Below, in pieces: positions 35,650-49,030 of a stretch of DNA of 64,000 nt. Source of the stretch: Vicugna vicugna (taxonomy: Eukaryota); NCBI GenBank assembly GCA_013265495.1, contig MU058009.1, positions 1,304,001 through 1,368,000 on the forward strand. The letters run 5' to 3'. The stretch's first letter is position 1. Each line of letters begins with the position of its first letter. Under the pieces are notes generated by a model, which saw nothing but the letters and a program-made list of their open reading frames with translations, searched no databases and was not told where the DNA came from. Both the position numbers and the translations under genes were made by a program.

Positions 35650-36640
35650 GGTCAGTCAATTAACCAACATTTCTTGAGCATCTATGACATGCTAACCACG
35701 TTCTAAGAGTGCAGAACTCAACACGTAACAAGACAGGCAGAATCTCCACCTACAAGGAGATTGTTTTATAGGATTACAACATATAAGTCAATAAATCAGT
35801 AAGGAAAATTATTAAAATTCTGGTCAGTGCCACAATGAAGATACAATAGGGTGTTTTGAGAGAGAGTTACTACGACAGGAGAGGTTGTTTCGTGTAGGAA
35901 ATCCGATCAGAGAAGTTCTCCTTGAAGAAGAGATGTGAATTCAGACCTGAATGATGAGACAAAGGCAGTGGTGTGGGAAGAGCTCTCAGTGCAGAAGGAA
36001 CCATAAGTACAAATGCCATGAGATGAGAATATTTCTGGTCCGTTTATGACACCAAAAGAGCACATGGGTGAGTGAAAGTAAACCAGAGGAGGAAGGGAAG
36101 GAGACGAGGTTGGGGACATTGCAAAGCGGGATAATGGTAGGTCATGGAAAGATGATTTTGTATTCAAAGTGTATGTGGAAGCCACTAGCAACTGTTACGT
36201 AGCGGCGTAGGATGGTCTGACTTACACTTTAGAGAGATCGCTCAGGCTGCTCAATGCAGGAGGGACTCTGTGTGAGGGAGCAAGTGTGGAGGCAGAAAAA
36301 CGACTTCAGAGGTTATCGTGAAAATCTAGGAAGAGATCATGGTGGCCTGGGGAAGAGTGGCTGCAGTGGATGTGAAGGGCTTGGATTCAGAATTTAGTTT
36401 AAAATTATACCTGATTGATGGATTGGATGAAGGGATGGAGGGAAAGGGGAGTCTAGAGTGACTTCTAAGTTTTTGTCCTAAGACGTTAAGTGAATAATGA
36501 TGGTGTTTACTTAAATAGGTAATACTTATTGAAATGAATGGGACACATTTGGGGCAATCAGCTGTTTCGTTCATGCCATGCTGAGTTTGATGTGTCAGTT
36601 AGACACCATCAGATACTGAGCAGAAAGCTGAACATGCGTG
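35650..36640 (-). mobile_element. L2 3' portion
   Basis: 'caacatttcttgagcatctatg', 'acttacactttagagagatcgctcaggctgct', 'ggagtctagagtgacttctaagttttt'. Confidence 0.85.
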
Positions 36641-37339
36641 GGGCCATGATCTTTTAGTTCTTAGATTTCTGATCTCTTAAATCGAGGCATAGAAAGCAAA
36701 GACAAGCATAAAGTGTGACATAACTGGAAACTTGCATCTTAGCCAGCTGCCCTGTGGACCCCTGTTTAGAATGTCTAAGAAAAGACTGATTCAATTCTCT
36801 GAAAAGAATGTGTGAATTTTACTTCTTTGGAATTCAGTTTGACGCTGAACGTGGATGGCTTATAGTAGAATGAGCATGTGTTCATACGTTAGCATGATCT
36901 GTCCCTTTATTCTCTGATGTCCACGAAGTAACCTCAGGCAGGAATAAACAATGCGTCTAATACTTTAGTCTCTCTAAATTGACCAGAAGCTGCGGGTGAG
37001 AATCCATCCCTTTCCAGAAATTCTAATCTTTTCATTGTTTAGTATTTACCCTCAAATATCCTGAGCTACTAAGTCTGGAAGTGTCTTTCTTGACTAATGA
37101 ATTTAAACCTACTGAATTTGGAAGTTTCCGGTGAGCCTGACTTGCTGAGCTTTACTCAGGAGACAAAACTTCACGGGTCTTGTATCAGAAGGGAGGTCAC
37201 CCAATCGGAAACACTCACCGTGCATGCTGAGAACCTGTGAGGTTTAATTGCCCGAGCTCTCCCAATGCGAATTATCAACTAAGTCTAAAACCCAGGTCTG
37301 CCAGTTCCTGGTCCAGTGTTATTTTCATTTCCCTTCAGG

Positions 37340-37900
37340 ATTATTGATTTATTCATCTGTCACCCATTTTTGGAAGCTCCCAATGTATTACACACTGAAT
37401 CAGCTGCTTGGAGATTTAAATAAATCAGTATGGCCCCTATATTTAAAGTCATTGAAATTTAGTGAGTTAACGTTAAGTAGGAAAGTTTTGATACAAGACA
37501 CGGTAGTTGTTATAATAAAATATGAACAAAATTTTGTAAAATGCTAGAGGGAGTTGAGACTTATTCTGCCTTGGGGCTTTGGAAAATCCTACACAGAGGT
37601 TGAAATATTTATGCTGGATCTTGAATAATGGCAAAAAGTTGCCAGGGCAGAAAAGCGAGGGGAGAATATTTCAGAAAGGCGGAACAACAGAGAAATTCAG
37701 AGTGTGCCTGGGGTAGGATGGTGAGGAGTGAGATTGGACATGTGAGTTGGGGGCCAGCCCCACAAGCCTGGTAGACCCATCTAAGGAATCTGAAGTCCAT
37801 CCAGCAGGCCAGAAAGAGGCCCGGAGCTTTTAAAGCAGGAGAGCACTGTGTTCAGATTTGTTTTTAGCTGCTTTGGCAGCAGACTTCGGATTGGGCAGAA
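37340..37900 (-). mobile_element. L2 fragment
   Basis: 'ttttaaagcaggagagcactgtgttcagatttgtttttag' and 3'-end-like ATTC start. Confidence 0.65.
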
Positions 37901-40299
37901 GAAAAGAGAAATTACTAAATGGGGTGGCGGTGTGATATTTACAGAGATGTTTATACCACGTCGGGCGATGCGGTTGCAGTCCTGGAAATGTCCTTGTGCT
38001 TCTGTCACGGGTGCCTTCATAATTTTATTCAGAATCACATACTGAGAGCTTACGAGGCAGAAAGCAGCAAAGCAGGTAAGACTTTGGTCTGGTCGCACTA
38101 GGAAGTTTCCATCTTTATTGCGCAGCACCCTGTGAGGGGAGAAGAGTGAGAGAGATTCAGGGTAGAGAGACGGCCATTGGAGGAATCAGAGTGGCTTTTG
38201 GAACTAAATAAAATTTGACCTGACAGGTGATGGATGGATGGGGCTTTTAAGAGTAGAGGAACGCACACATTCTGACCAAAATGTCCTCCCTCTCCTGTCT
38301 GCTAAAATGCAAACTGAACGTGGAGACCGGAGTTTCTGTTCATAACATTTCCCCGCCATTTTCGTCTTGGAACGCAGAATGAAACAATGGCTTTCTAATG
38401 AGGCCAGCCTTGGCCATGTCTGTAACAAGCCAGAGTTCCCGACTGAAAATTAAAGGAGGTGAAAATGCAACTGCTTCTGTTGGGCACGTGACAGCAGACG
38501 ATACGAGGTGTGCGCTCATTGAGTTGACTCGCTCCTGGGACAGTGCAGAAATTCAGCCAAAATGCTTGACTTGGAACTCTCAGGCCTTGGCACGCACTAC
38601 ACCTGATTTTAGAGAATTCAGCCAGTTTTTCCTTCAAGGCTTCTAACCAGCAGTCAAAAGCTTAAAACACAATCTCATTGTCTCTAGCTGTTTTGAAGTT
38701 CCCTCCAACAGGTTGGCCTAGAAAGCTTTATTTCATTATATTCGTAACTCAAATTTAATGTCAGTTAATGTCAGAAATAGAACCCAAATCCTAATTAATT
38801 AATGAATTAGTAAAATGAAGCCTGCCCCATCTATAAATAATTCCTTGCAGCTCGTTCTGTCCTGTGGGTGAGTATTCCAGAGAAGCAATCCTGAAAAAAA
38901 CATAAAGTTCTTGCCAGTGCTTTGCTGGTTTTTCTGTCTCTGAAAGGACACTGTTGTCACCTGTTGTATATGGCCATAAGCAAGCCCCTGGTGACATAGC
39001 TGGAAGGCAAAGAAAGAAATCAGCTGAGCCTTTCTGCAACAGTAAGGAAGGCGCTGAGACAGAACAACACAGCCCAGCCAGTTAGGATGGACCAGGACAG
39101 GAGGGCCTTCCCTCTTCATTACAAGCGCATCTGGCCTGTGTCCGTGGCCAGGGCGTATATCTGGCAATATCCTCCCTTCTAATGCTTTGCAGATCCAAGG
39201 TATATTATCCTACCCTAAGCCTGAACTCTCCAGGGAAATTATGTCAAGCCCCAACCAAGGAAGCTGGATTGTAAACGTCGCTGGAGGAACCAGCTGTCTG
39301 GAATTCACCATTCGGAAGTGAGAAACCAGTTACCAAAAGGTGGCACTGTGAGACTGCAGGATGGTGATGAACTGCTGCGCTTTATTCTCGAGTCTCGGGA
39401 AGATGTGCTCAGCGTTTGCTCCTGGGGGGAAGAAAAGCAGAGTAGAACTCAGCTTTATTTTTAGAACTTATCTCTGTGCACTCAGGGTGGACCTAAAGTT
39501 CTCATACACTAATCTTCCCAGGTTATTACACATACACAACACATTCCTGATGTGGGCAGGAAACAAACTAATTTCTATAAAGGCCCTGTGTCTGTTGACC
39601 TGTGCGGTAGTGCTATTTCAGAAGAATAGATTAAATCAAGATGACTTATCCTTTAAAAGAAGTACAGTTTGTGCAAGATACTGAGAAATGGTTTAGTAGG
39701 CAGTTGGCAATATTAATCTGGGCTAATAGGGGCATAAAACTGAAACCCATTCAACTCTCACCTAGAATGTCTGAGATTACACCTTTTACAGAGTGAGATC
39801 CCACTGCTGAGAGCGGCTTTAAATGACAGGAGGCGTTCTGTGTTCACAGCTGAGCTCGCAACCACATTTTAGAAGTTCTGCAGAGCGACAGAGAGGCAGA
39901 CGAGCCTCGCTGTGTCCTTGTGATTGAATTTCTCTGTTGCTCACTTCTAACCAAGGATTTCATGGCATAAACATTAAAGCGTCTAGTCTCATTTACGGCG
40001 AAGAAGAGCACATTCGCCTGAAATATTATTTCCCAAGGACCGAATACGTACTTTATTGATGTGCCAGGTTCTGAGAGAGAGATGCGGAGAACCCAAATTC
40101 ATTCTCCTTGAGCCGATTCCGAAAACACACACCGACTACGAGACCTTGTGATATATTTCGGGTCATTACCACGGTAGGATCGCATTCTGTTGAACTAGGT
40201 GTCTTTTACAAACCCAGATTTTGGTCTGTTTAAGTCCCCATAGTCAGTTTTTCTGGCTGAAGTTCTTGGAAATGCATAACCTCAGGACTTGAAAGGACC

Positions 40300-40520
40300 T
40301 GAACAATAGCTAACGTTTCTTTCACTGTGGCTTGTTGTGTCTGTAACAGGGCTACGTGCTTTACATGCGTTAGCTTTTTTGATCTTTATGATAACTCATC
40401 AGGCTGATCCTTATTTTGCAAATAAAGAAATAGAGGCTTAGATAAAGTTCAGCAATAAGAGGCAAAGTCATGGATTTGAAACTAAATCTAGATGCTTCTA
40501 GAGCCTGTTCTGTGCTCCAC
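40300..40520 (-). mobile_element. MIR SINE
   Basis: 'aacaatagctaacg...gtgctttacatg...ccttattttgcaaataaagaaatagaggcttaga'. Confidence 0.75.
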
Positions 40521-43099
40521 CAGTTTCAGGACCTGATAAAGCATCGTGTCCTCAAGCCCAGCATTCCACAAATATGTTCACCCAGATATGTTCACTTCCA
40601 TGACGTGCCCGCTGAATGCTCACCAGTATCCAAATTCAAGACACTCACTTCCTTCTGAACCAGACGTTTTTATCTTTCAGTGGTTCCCCCTGTTGTAAAC
40701 CCAGATGGTCACACTTTCAAAGAAAGGTAAACTATTGAAGTAGAGATGAGAGATACATGAACAAGTCCAGAGCCGTGAGGAGGTGCGGCTCACAGCCTCC
40801 ACCCACGTTACTTGGGACGTGTGAGTTCCTGCAGCCGATCTGTGAAGCCGCAAAAGCTGCAACAGGTGGCACTTTGGAAAGTATTCCTTTCTGAACTGTC
40901 TGGCCCTCTGCTAGGAACCATGTGAGGCTCCCGGCACAGGGAGGGCCCTTGGCGTGCGGGCTGAGTTGGAAGAGCAGTAGGGGCAGATGTGTGCAGAACA
41001 GGTGTCCTTCCATTGCTTTTGCAAACACCTGGTTTTCCACAGGTGAAGACTGGGTCACAAAACCAATGATTGCTCAAGACTGTGTAGGAATTTAACTCTC
41101 ACAGTCCTCTAGGGAGGCTGCAAGGCTGTAATAAAAAGGCGTAAGTGTGTACTTAGAAAATCATCTTCTTTTTTCCTCTCTTTCTTTGTATGGCTTCAAA
41201 ATCAGGAATATCAGAACACATCCCATGTAGGCTGGCCAAATAAACCACATGCCACACATTTAAATTTGAATTTCTGACCACCCAGTCTTTACCATGAATA
41301 ATCGATTTTTTAAAAAATTGATAGTTGAGGATCATCGTAAAGTTTGGAGAAATCTCTGTGAAGTTTTCTTTGTATAAGATGTATAAAATTTCAAGGAATT
41401 TTAAGTTTGCTTATACACTGACTAGTCAGAAATGATATTTTAATTGAGACACTCAGTAACAGCTGCCCACGGGCGTCCTTCCGGAGACAGGCGGCCCAGG
41501 ACGTGGCCGTGCAGGAAGGCACCTCTAGCCCAGAGCTCTGGGGCACGACGCTGCTGAGTTGGCAGAGTGGGCAGCAGAAGCATCCCTGAGTGCCGCTCCT
41601 GTCCCAGGACCGCTCACCACGATTTAACAACACACAGGAGTGCCTGCGAGGCGTCTGGACACATCCCCACCTCCCACTGAACCCAAACGGACTACATCCG
41701 GACTCAAATTCCCCTGAGCCAGATCCCTGAAAGTGGCCAAGGCCGTCCTACACAAATGAGCAGGAGGAGAAATGTGATGCGGTGGAAGCCAAAGCAGAAA
41801 GAGACATTTCACCAAGATATATGAGCGTGTGAACCCACTGACAGGGTCCATCCCAGAACCTTGTATGTCCAGGAAGGGCCTGAAGTTGAGCTTCATAAGA
41901 TGCATTAAATCCACTTCCCTCCAATCTTTGGCAGCTGATGATGACCCAGGGCACGCATTTTGTACTCAGCCTGTCAGCCTTGTGTTATCAGTGATCTGGG
42001 CAGTCTAGAAATACATGTGACATCTTGGCACTGAGATCACAGGCTCTTTTGAGGGCAGAAATCATGGTAGTTTCTACTTTATTTTTTTTCCTGTGCTTGA
42101 TATGGAGCCAATCATTTTCAAAATGTGTGCACACCCGTGTACCTGCATTTATATATTGAGGTACAGTTTACATGACAAGTCACCAGAGTGATCGTCCCCT
42201 CTTATGTCTGAATCTCAAAAATCAGCATGGTGAACAGTTCCTCATCAAAACATGTTCTTGGAGACACATCTCGATTGAAGTCCCCACTTTTCCCTGGAGT
42301 GGCAGTGCTTTGGACCTTTCTGTCTGTTTCCTCCTTTGAAAAATGAAGTTGATGGAGTTGATCATAGCCTCCCAGTATTCATTCCAGAACATTATGAGGA
42401 GCACGTCCAGGGCCCTGTGTATGTCGGTGATTATCTCACTCTTGTTTTTCAGCCTTAACTTCTTCTAAGAAAGAAAAAAAATTTAACTCTTTGACACTTC
42501 TGGGCACTATTAGTGAATCAAAACCGTGTTCCCTTTGTGTTCCATATTTTATAAAACAACGAGGGGAAGAGGAAACAGGGTTATGTCTCTTTCTGTTGAA
42601 CGTTCAAGGAGCGTCATGGTGGACATTAAAACCAAGAGTTGACCGAAGCAGTGGTTCTCTAAGCGACTACATGGACCTTGTAGCATGCTCACTCCCAGGC
42701 CAACACGTGCTCACTGAATCAGCATCCTTGGAGGTACAGGCGCCATTCAGATCATCAGCCAGACTTGAAAACGGCTGGTCTAGGTGGAAGATAAATAGAG
42801 ATGCCCTGGTAAGTGCTAAGTCTTAGCTGGTAGATACGTATGTTGATTGACCCCTCTTCATCGCCATGTCTTCCTCTTCCAGCAGAGAAAGGCCACAGCT
42901 CCCAACGTAAGTATGTTAAGTTTCTTCATTTCTCTCCTATTATATTCTGACCAGCTAGAGGAATTGGGAAATTTTTTAAAAGTAAAGAAAACATCAGAGA
43001 TGCAGGCGAAGTCCATATTCACCCACCCATCCAACCACCAGATCATACAGAGAAAGAACTCTGCAGCGTGCTGGTGCTCTTCACATAACTTCCTAGGTG

Positions 43100-44660
43100 T
43101 CAGCCTGGTATTGAATTTGAGTCTTTGAAGCCATGCCATGCATCCACCCACACTAGTCTACCATAGGTCATTCATGACTCTTGTTCTCCTAAACCCAACT
43201 GACATTCTCCAGTTCTCACTGTATCTGATAATTCAACGGCACCCAACTGAGCTAATTCCCCTTTCCCTGATACCTTTCTTCTTCTTAGGCTTCTGGGAGT
43301 CCACATTCTCCTGGTTATCTCTTATTTCTCCAGATACACTTCTTCCTTGCCAGGTCCTCCTCCAGTTTGGCCTCCAAAGTTGGAATTCCTCAAGCCTCAA
43401 TCTTGAAACTTTTTCCCCTCTTAGTCTACACTTTCCCTCAAAACGATGCATTCCATTCTCTTGTTTTCCATTCCAATTGCTACGACAAGGATTCAGAATT
43501 AATATCTCCCACTCTGCCTCTTTCCCAGCTCAGTAAATGTCATCTACATACACACAGGGGCTTACGAAAGAAAACAGAACATTCTTCTTACCCTTCTCTC
43601 TCCCTCCCCGCCACATCGTACTGATCTTTGCCCCCTGGATGTCTCTCTAAACCATCTTTCACTTTAGCTCTACCATCTTCATCCGAAGCCACAACGTCTG
43701 TCACCTGGATTGCAACTACTTGCTATCTTTGCTTCCTCTCCTTGAACTCCCAGTCCTGTCCCCATTCTCCATGGAGCAGATAAAAGAAAGGTTTAAAGTT
43801 TTAAAGCATATTTTCTCTTCTACGTAAAAGGCTTAATTTAAAGGGTTTTTTGACCTTAGAAATATAATTTTTTTTTGAGTTTTACTGAGGTACAAAACTG
43901 TAAGAGATTAAAAGTGTACATTTTGATGATCTGGTTAGAGATATACAGTTTGAAAAGATTTCTCCCATCTAGTTAATTAACCCATCCGTCATCATATATA
44001 TGTTTAAGTTCCACTCTTAGCAATTGTCAACGACACAATACAGTCATCAACTACAGTCACCACGTTGTATATTGGATCCTCACAGCTTATTCATCTTATA
44101 GACAAAAGTCTGTCCCCTTTTACTGCCTAATCCCTTTCCCACAACCCTCCAGCCCCTGGAAACCACTTTCTGCTCTGTTTCTAAGTTTGACTTTTTTTTC
44201 AGATGCCACATATAAAACTCTTCATAGAAGCCTCAAAGCCTTCACTTACCTAGCTCCTTCTTAACATTTCCTGGCTTACCTTGACCACTTCCCACACCTC
44301 GCTGTGTTGTAGCCACACCAGCCTCCCCCAGTTCCAGGAGACCTCCAAGACCTTTCCTCTGAGCTGCTGTCCCCTCTGTCCAAGGCGCCTTTCCTCCCCC
44401 CTGGAGTCACACTGTCCTTATTCTTCAGCCTCAGATATAGTATTCTTCCCCTGACTCTGAATTCTGTACTTCCCTCTGAACATGTGTCCATCACGTCCAC
44501 ACGCCCATTTTTCTTTGTATGATTATTTTATTTGACTGCAGGCTCCATAAAGACCCAGGACCTATATGCTGGCTTACCACTGTCCAACCAGAGACAGCCA
44601 GCACCTACTGAGTATTCAGGGCCCATGAATGAAGATGAACGAACGGACGCATGAATTGAA
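43100..44660 (+). mobile_element. L2 (sense), split by an L1 fragment
   Basis: CT-rich L2 ORF2 end ('cttaggcttctgggagtccacattctcctggtt','tcacctggattgcaac') and 3' end ('ggctccataaagacccaggacc...atgaatgaa'). Confidence 0.8.
43868..44215 (-). mobile_element. L1MA-like 3' end
   Basis: Poly(T), 'ctacagtcaccacgttgtatattggatcctc', 'ccagcccctggaaaccactttctgctctgtttct'. Confidence 0.85.
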
Positions 44661-45850
44661 TGGGGGAATGAGAAGCCATTCCATCGGTGACTCCTTCCCA
44701 AGATAGTGTAAGCTCGGCTTGCATTCTGAGATGGTGCTGTGTTTTCTTCCACCTGGGGTCCTGATACCTGAGCTCCCCCATCTTCTTCTGCAGCCCTGGC
44801 CAAGTCACTCAGTTTCCCTGCCTGTTAATCAAGCCATCTGGAAAGTAGGGCATGAAATCTTATGTCCCTGACTAGCAGCAGATGTGGCAAGTGAGCTGAG
44901 CTGCATTTCCTTTCAGTAACTAATTGCACACATGGTACAATACGGAGAAAAACATTATAAATCAATTAGGCTGTTAGAGCCACATTGTGCTCTGTAAATA
45001 GAGAGCGAGGCCTTGTGCTGAGAAGTGGGAGATGGGGACGCCTGATTCTCCCTGCAGTGGCCTTGGATAATTACTCACATCTTTACATTTATTTTGTCTC
45101 ACCCCTGCTCCTCCCAACCCCATCCAGGTTTCCAGGATGATTCGTTTACGGATATTTGTTAAAGGCTTTGAATTCCTGGCTGGGAAGGTGGGCTATTACT
45201 GGAGGAGGAGGGTGGTTAAGAAGTCTTGCTGACATAAAACACTCATGTAAGTATTTGATACTGATGCTCTTGTCAGTATCCAAGGTCAGAGCTGGTTGGT
45301 GCTTTGGACCAGGGTGACAGGAGGCAGTGAAGGGGCGAGGCAGCTTTGGAGTTGACAATGTCCCCACGTGCCCAAGGCTTTGGAAACATGAACGTGGGCG
45401 TAACAGGGATCAAGTGAGCCTGGGTTTGCGGGGAGAGGAAGGGAGAAGTGGGGGAACTTGCAAAAGCTACTTAATATTCTTTTTTCCTTCTTCCTGCTCT
45501 TCTTGTTTTGACTTTCATGGGAACTACACTTACAGTGAAAATATCCGAATGTGCCTCCAGAGATAAAAGTCTCCAGCTTTTTTTAGCCCATAGAGGAGGG
45601 GATCCGTGAGGAAAAGAGGCCAAGACTTTTACTAGAGAGAAAGGAAATTTTTCTAAAGTAGGTAAATACGGATCCTACACGCAGCCTCTAGGAACAATTG
45701 TTCAGCGAGTCTGCAGGAAATTTGCAAAATTCATCTGGATAATTTAGATGAGAATATTGTCATGGGGCCTAAAGTCGTTTGGAAGTTGCTTCAGGCATTT
45801 GGTGATAAACTTCCCTCTAATTATGCCTGTGCTGGTTTTATTTGGTCAGA

Positions 45851-45995
45851 CAGTTGTCCTCAAACCTGGCTGTGCTTTGAAATGATGTAAGGCGCTTTTA
45901 AACCTTAGCAATGTCCTCAGGGTCTCTGAAGGCAGGGCCTGGGCATTAGCACTTTTAAAAAGCTCTCTCCCAGGTAATGTATTAGGCAGCAGGGA
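45851..45995 (+). mobile_element. MER5-family hAT fragment
   Basis: 'ctcaaacctggctg...gggcctgggcattagcacttttaaaaagctc...cccaggt'. Confidence 0.6.
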
Positions 45996-47384
45996 ACTAT
46001 AATGAAGCTTTTAAAGGCAGGAATCTTGTCTTACACTTAAATATACATGTAGGCTAGACTATTGAACCCCTAGATTTTAATATCCTTTATTTCAGTTTAA
46101 TATTCACAATTCATCTCCTCCAGGAGGCTGGACAAGCTGTCTGAGGATGCTCAGAGAGGGAAGCGTGGACCCAGAGCTGTAACTGGCTCACCTGGCCTGA
46201 CGGATCCGGTGCTGGCTTCATCTGTCACCTGCTTCGGCTCCTACGCCTGATGTGTGACATAGCAAAGGCCCTCAGTGAGGACCACATTGCTGATTAAGTA
46301 AGAGAGGATGTCCCACGTTCCAATTCCATAAGGAATCTTACTGCATCCACATCGTTTAGGTAAACATAACCCCAGACAGAGATGGAGTCCCAGACTCACA
46401 ATGTAGAATCTTGTTTCCTTCTAATATCCTGCCCATGATTCAGTGTTTATCTGAGGGCGGGAGGGTCGGGACCACCGCCGCTGTCTCTTTGGAGACCCAG
46501 GCCTGGGTCACAGGGTGGGAGAAAACAGTGACTGTTTTGCGGCTCTGGTGACAGATATCCTGTGCCATGTCGCACCGCTCCTTGCAAATTCACTCCCGTA
46601 TCCTGTGGCCGTCCCTCTGGGCTTGTGCCTCCAGCACCACACAGCGGCTGCAGGAACACCTGCAAAACAGGCTGTGTCCTGACCTTGGCATCACCGGGGC
46701 CATAAATCACATAAGGCAGCTCACACTTGAAGCAATGGCCTGGGGACATGATGGCATCGGGGAGCAGAGACCAGAAAAGAGTAGGGGTGGAGGCCAGGGA
46801 CAGGGAGAGGAAGGTTATGCCGAGAAACAATGAGAGACAGAAGGAACTTTTTATTCTCTAAAGAAACAGGCCGCTTCCTAGACGTCACAATCCTATCGCG
46901 AAGTGGAGATTGCAGAAGGCCAGTCTTGGGGGCGGCGGTGGGCGGGGGCGTCAAGTCAATATTTTATCATGAGTGATGCGGCTCACCAGCATCGTTCCCT
47001 GCAAACAACTTTGAACAGGGGGGAGCCTCTCCAGACAGCAGATTAACCAGCCGACACTTGAGAAATGGAAAAACCTCAAGTTACAATTCCTTCTGCTTTA
47101 ACGATTCTTGACAAAGCACCATCGAACACATCCATTCATTCAACAGAAGGTTGTCCAGCTCCGTCCCCGTGCCAGGCGCCGGGCCCATTGCTGCAGGCAG
47201 AGCGGCTTGCAAGACTGACGTTATCCGTGGCCCCCTGGGCTGACTGTCTAGTGAAGGACAGACATCGAAGAAGAAGCGCAGCACGAGGAACAGTGTGGGA
47301 GGAAGAGAACGGGAGCACGCACCATGTCGATTATTCTTAAACACGTCTTTTCGATTAAGTTCATTATAAACTTCCTTATTAACT

Positions 47385-47590
47385 CCATTTTTCAATTTTT
47401 GGATTTGCAATGTTGTAGTCGTTTCTGGTGTACAGCATGGTGATTCAGTTTACATATATGTATGTATGAACACGTTCTTTTCCCTTACAGGCTACTACAA
47501 GTCATTGAGCATAGTGTCCTGAGCTATACCGTAGGACCTTGCTGTTTACCTATTCTGTGCATAGTAGTTTGTATCAGCCAATCCCAAATT
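47385..47590 (-). mobile_element. cetartiodactyl L1 3' end fragment
   Basis: 'gtttctggtgtacagcatggtgattcagtt', 'gtaggaccttgctgtttacctatt'. Confidence 0.85.
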
Positions 47591-48073
47591 TAAATACATT
47601 TCATATTGGAGATTGGAGGGGTTAGGTGGTCATGCAACAGTGAAAGCCAGAACCAGGCCTCTACCCCGCGTCTTGTATTCTTGAATGCTTGTGCCCTCTT
47701 CACTCTGTGATCAGTCACTGCTTGGGAGGCTCTGGCCTGAGGCCCAGGACTGCTTCCGTCATCATGAGCACCGCTCTGACGTCAGGCTTTGACCCGGTGC
47801 GGGCAATACGCTCTGTAACAAGGCGGCCCCTGGCTTCTCGGCCCAGCATCTAAGGTGACGTAAGTCTGATAAACAACCACAATGTGTGCAATGAAAACAG
47901 CAACCTACAGAGAAAACCAGAGCCACGAATGTGGGGCCAGAGCAGCCTTGCACCACGTGGTTCACTGAAGCCCCAAACTTGCTTCCTGCTGACAACTGAC
48001 TCCCTCTTGGATGCAGGTCTTTTCTTTTCTTTTTTTTTTAACCATTTTAGCCTTTTTTTTTTTTTTTTTTTTT

Positions 48074-48235
48074 NNNNNNNNNNNNNNNNNNNNNNNNNNN
48101 NNNNNNNNNNNNNNNNNNNNNNNNNNNNNNNNNNNNNNNNNNNNNNNNNNNNNNNNNNNNNNNNNNNNNNNNNNNNNNNNNNNNNNNNNNNNNNNNNNNN
48201 NNNNNNNNNNNNNNNNNNNNNNNNNNNNNNNNNNN
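48074..48235. other. assembly gap (162 N) flanked by poly(T)
   Basis: Directly visible. Confidence 0.99.
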
Positions 48236-49030
48236 TTTTTTTTTTTTTTTTGCTGCAGCAAAATATGCATAAAATGTATCATCTTGGCTATTTTTAGCAG
48301 TATGATACAGTGCGGGTAACTGTATGTAAATTGTTGTGTAACAGATCTCCAGTACTTAACTTGCAAAACTGAAACTCTGTACCCATTAGACAAAAACTCC
48401 CCTTTTCCCGCTCCCTTGCCCCTGGAAACCACCATTCTACTTTCTGTTTCTAAGAGTCCGACTATTTTAGAAGCCTCGTATAAATGGATCTGCATGTTTT
48501 CTTTATCCATCCATCCATTCATAGTAGGTTGCTTCTGATTCTTCATTACTGTGGATGATGCTACAGTGAACATGAGGCTGCAAGATTTCTCTGACATCCG
48601 GCTTTCAGTTCTTCTGCCTTTTTACCCAGAAGTGGAATTGATGAATTGATTGATAATTCTATGTTTAATTTGTCGAGGAACCTCCATACTGTTTTCCATA
48701 GTGGCTGCACTATTTGGCATTCCCTCCGACAGGGCACAAGGATTCTAACTTCTCCACACCTTTGCCAGTATATGTTTTTTCTTTCCTATAGCGGCCATCC
48801 TAATGGGTGTGAGGTGATATCGCCTTGTGGTTTTGATTTGCATCTTCCTGATGCTTTTTAATCTTGAGCATCCTTTGATATGCTTGTCAGCCATCTGTAT
48901 CTCTTCTTTGGGGAAATGTCTATTGGAGTGCCCGGCCCACTTTTAAATCAGATTACTTGTGTGGGTGTTAATTCTGCATCAGATAATGTAGTTTGCAACT
49001 CTTTTCTCCCATTCTGTAGGTTATCTTTCT
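48236..49030 (-). mobile_element. L1MA/MB-like 3' portion
   Basis: 'aactgaaactctgtacccatt','aggaacctccatactgttttccatagtggctgcac','ccatcctaatgggtgtgaggtgatatc'. Confidence 0.9.

Noticed and set aside
47962..48597. 211-aa ORF (longest in track)
   Set aside because: Reads through the N gap and L1 3' sequence; artefact.
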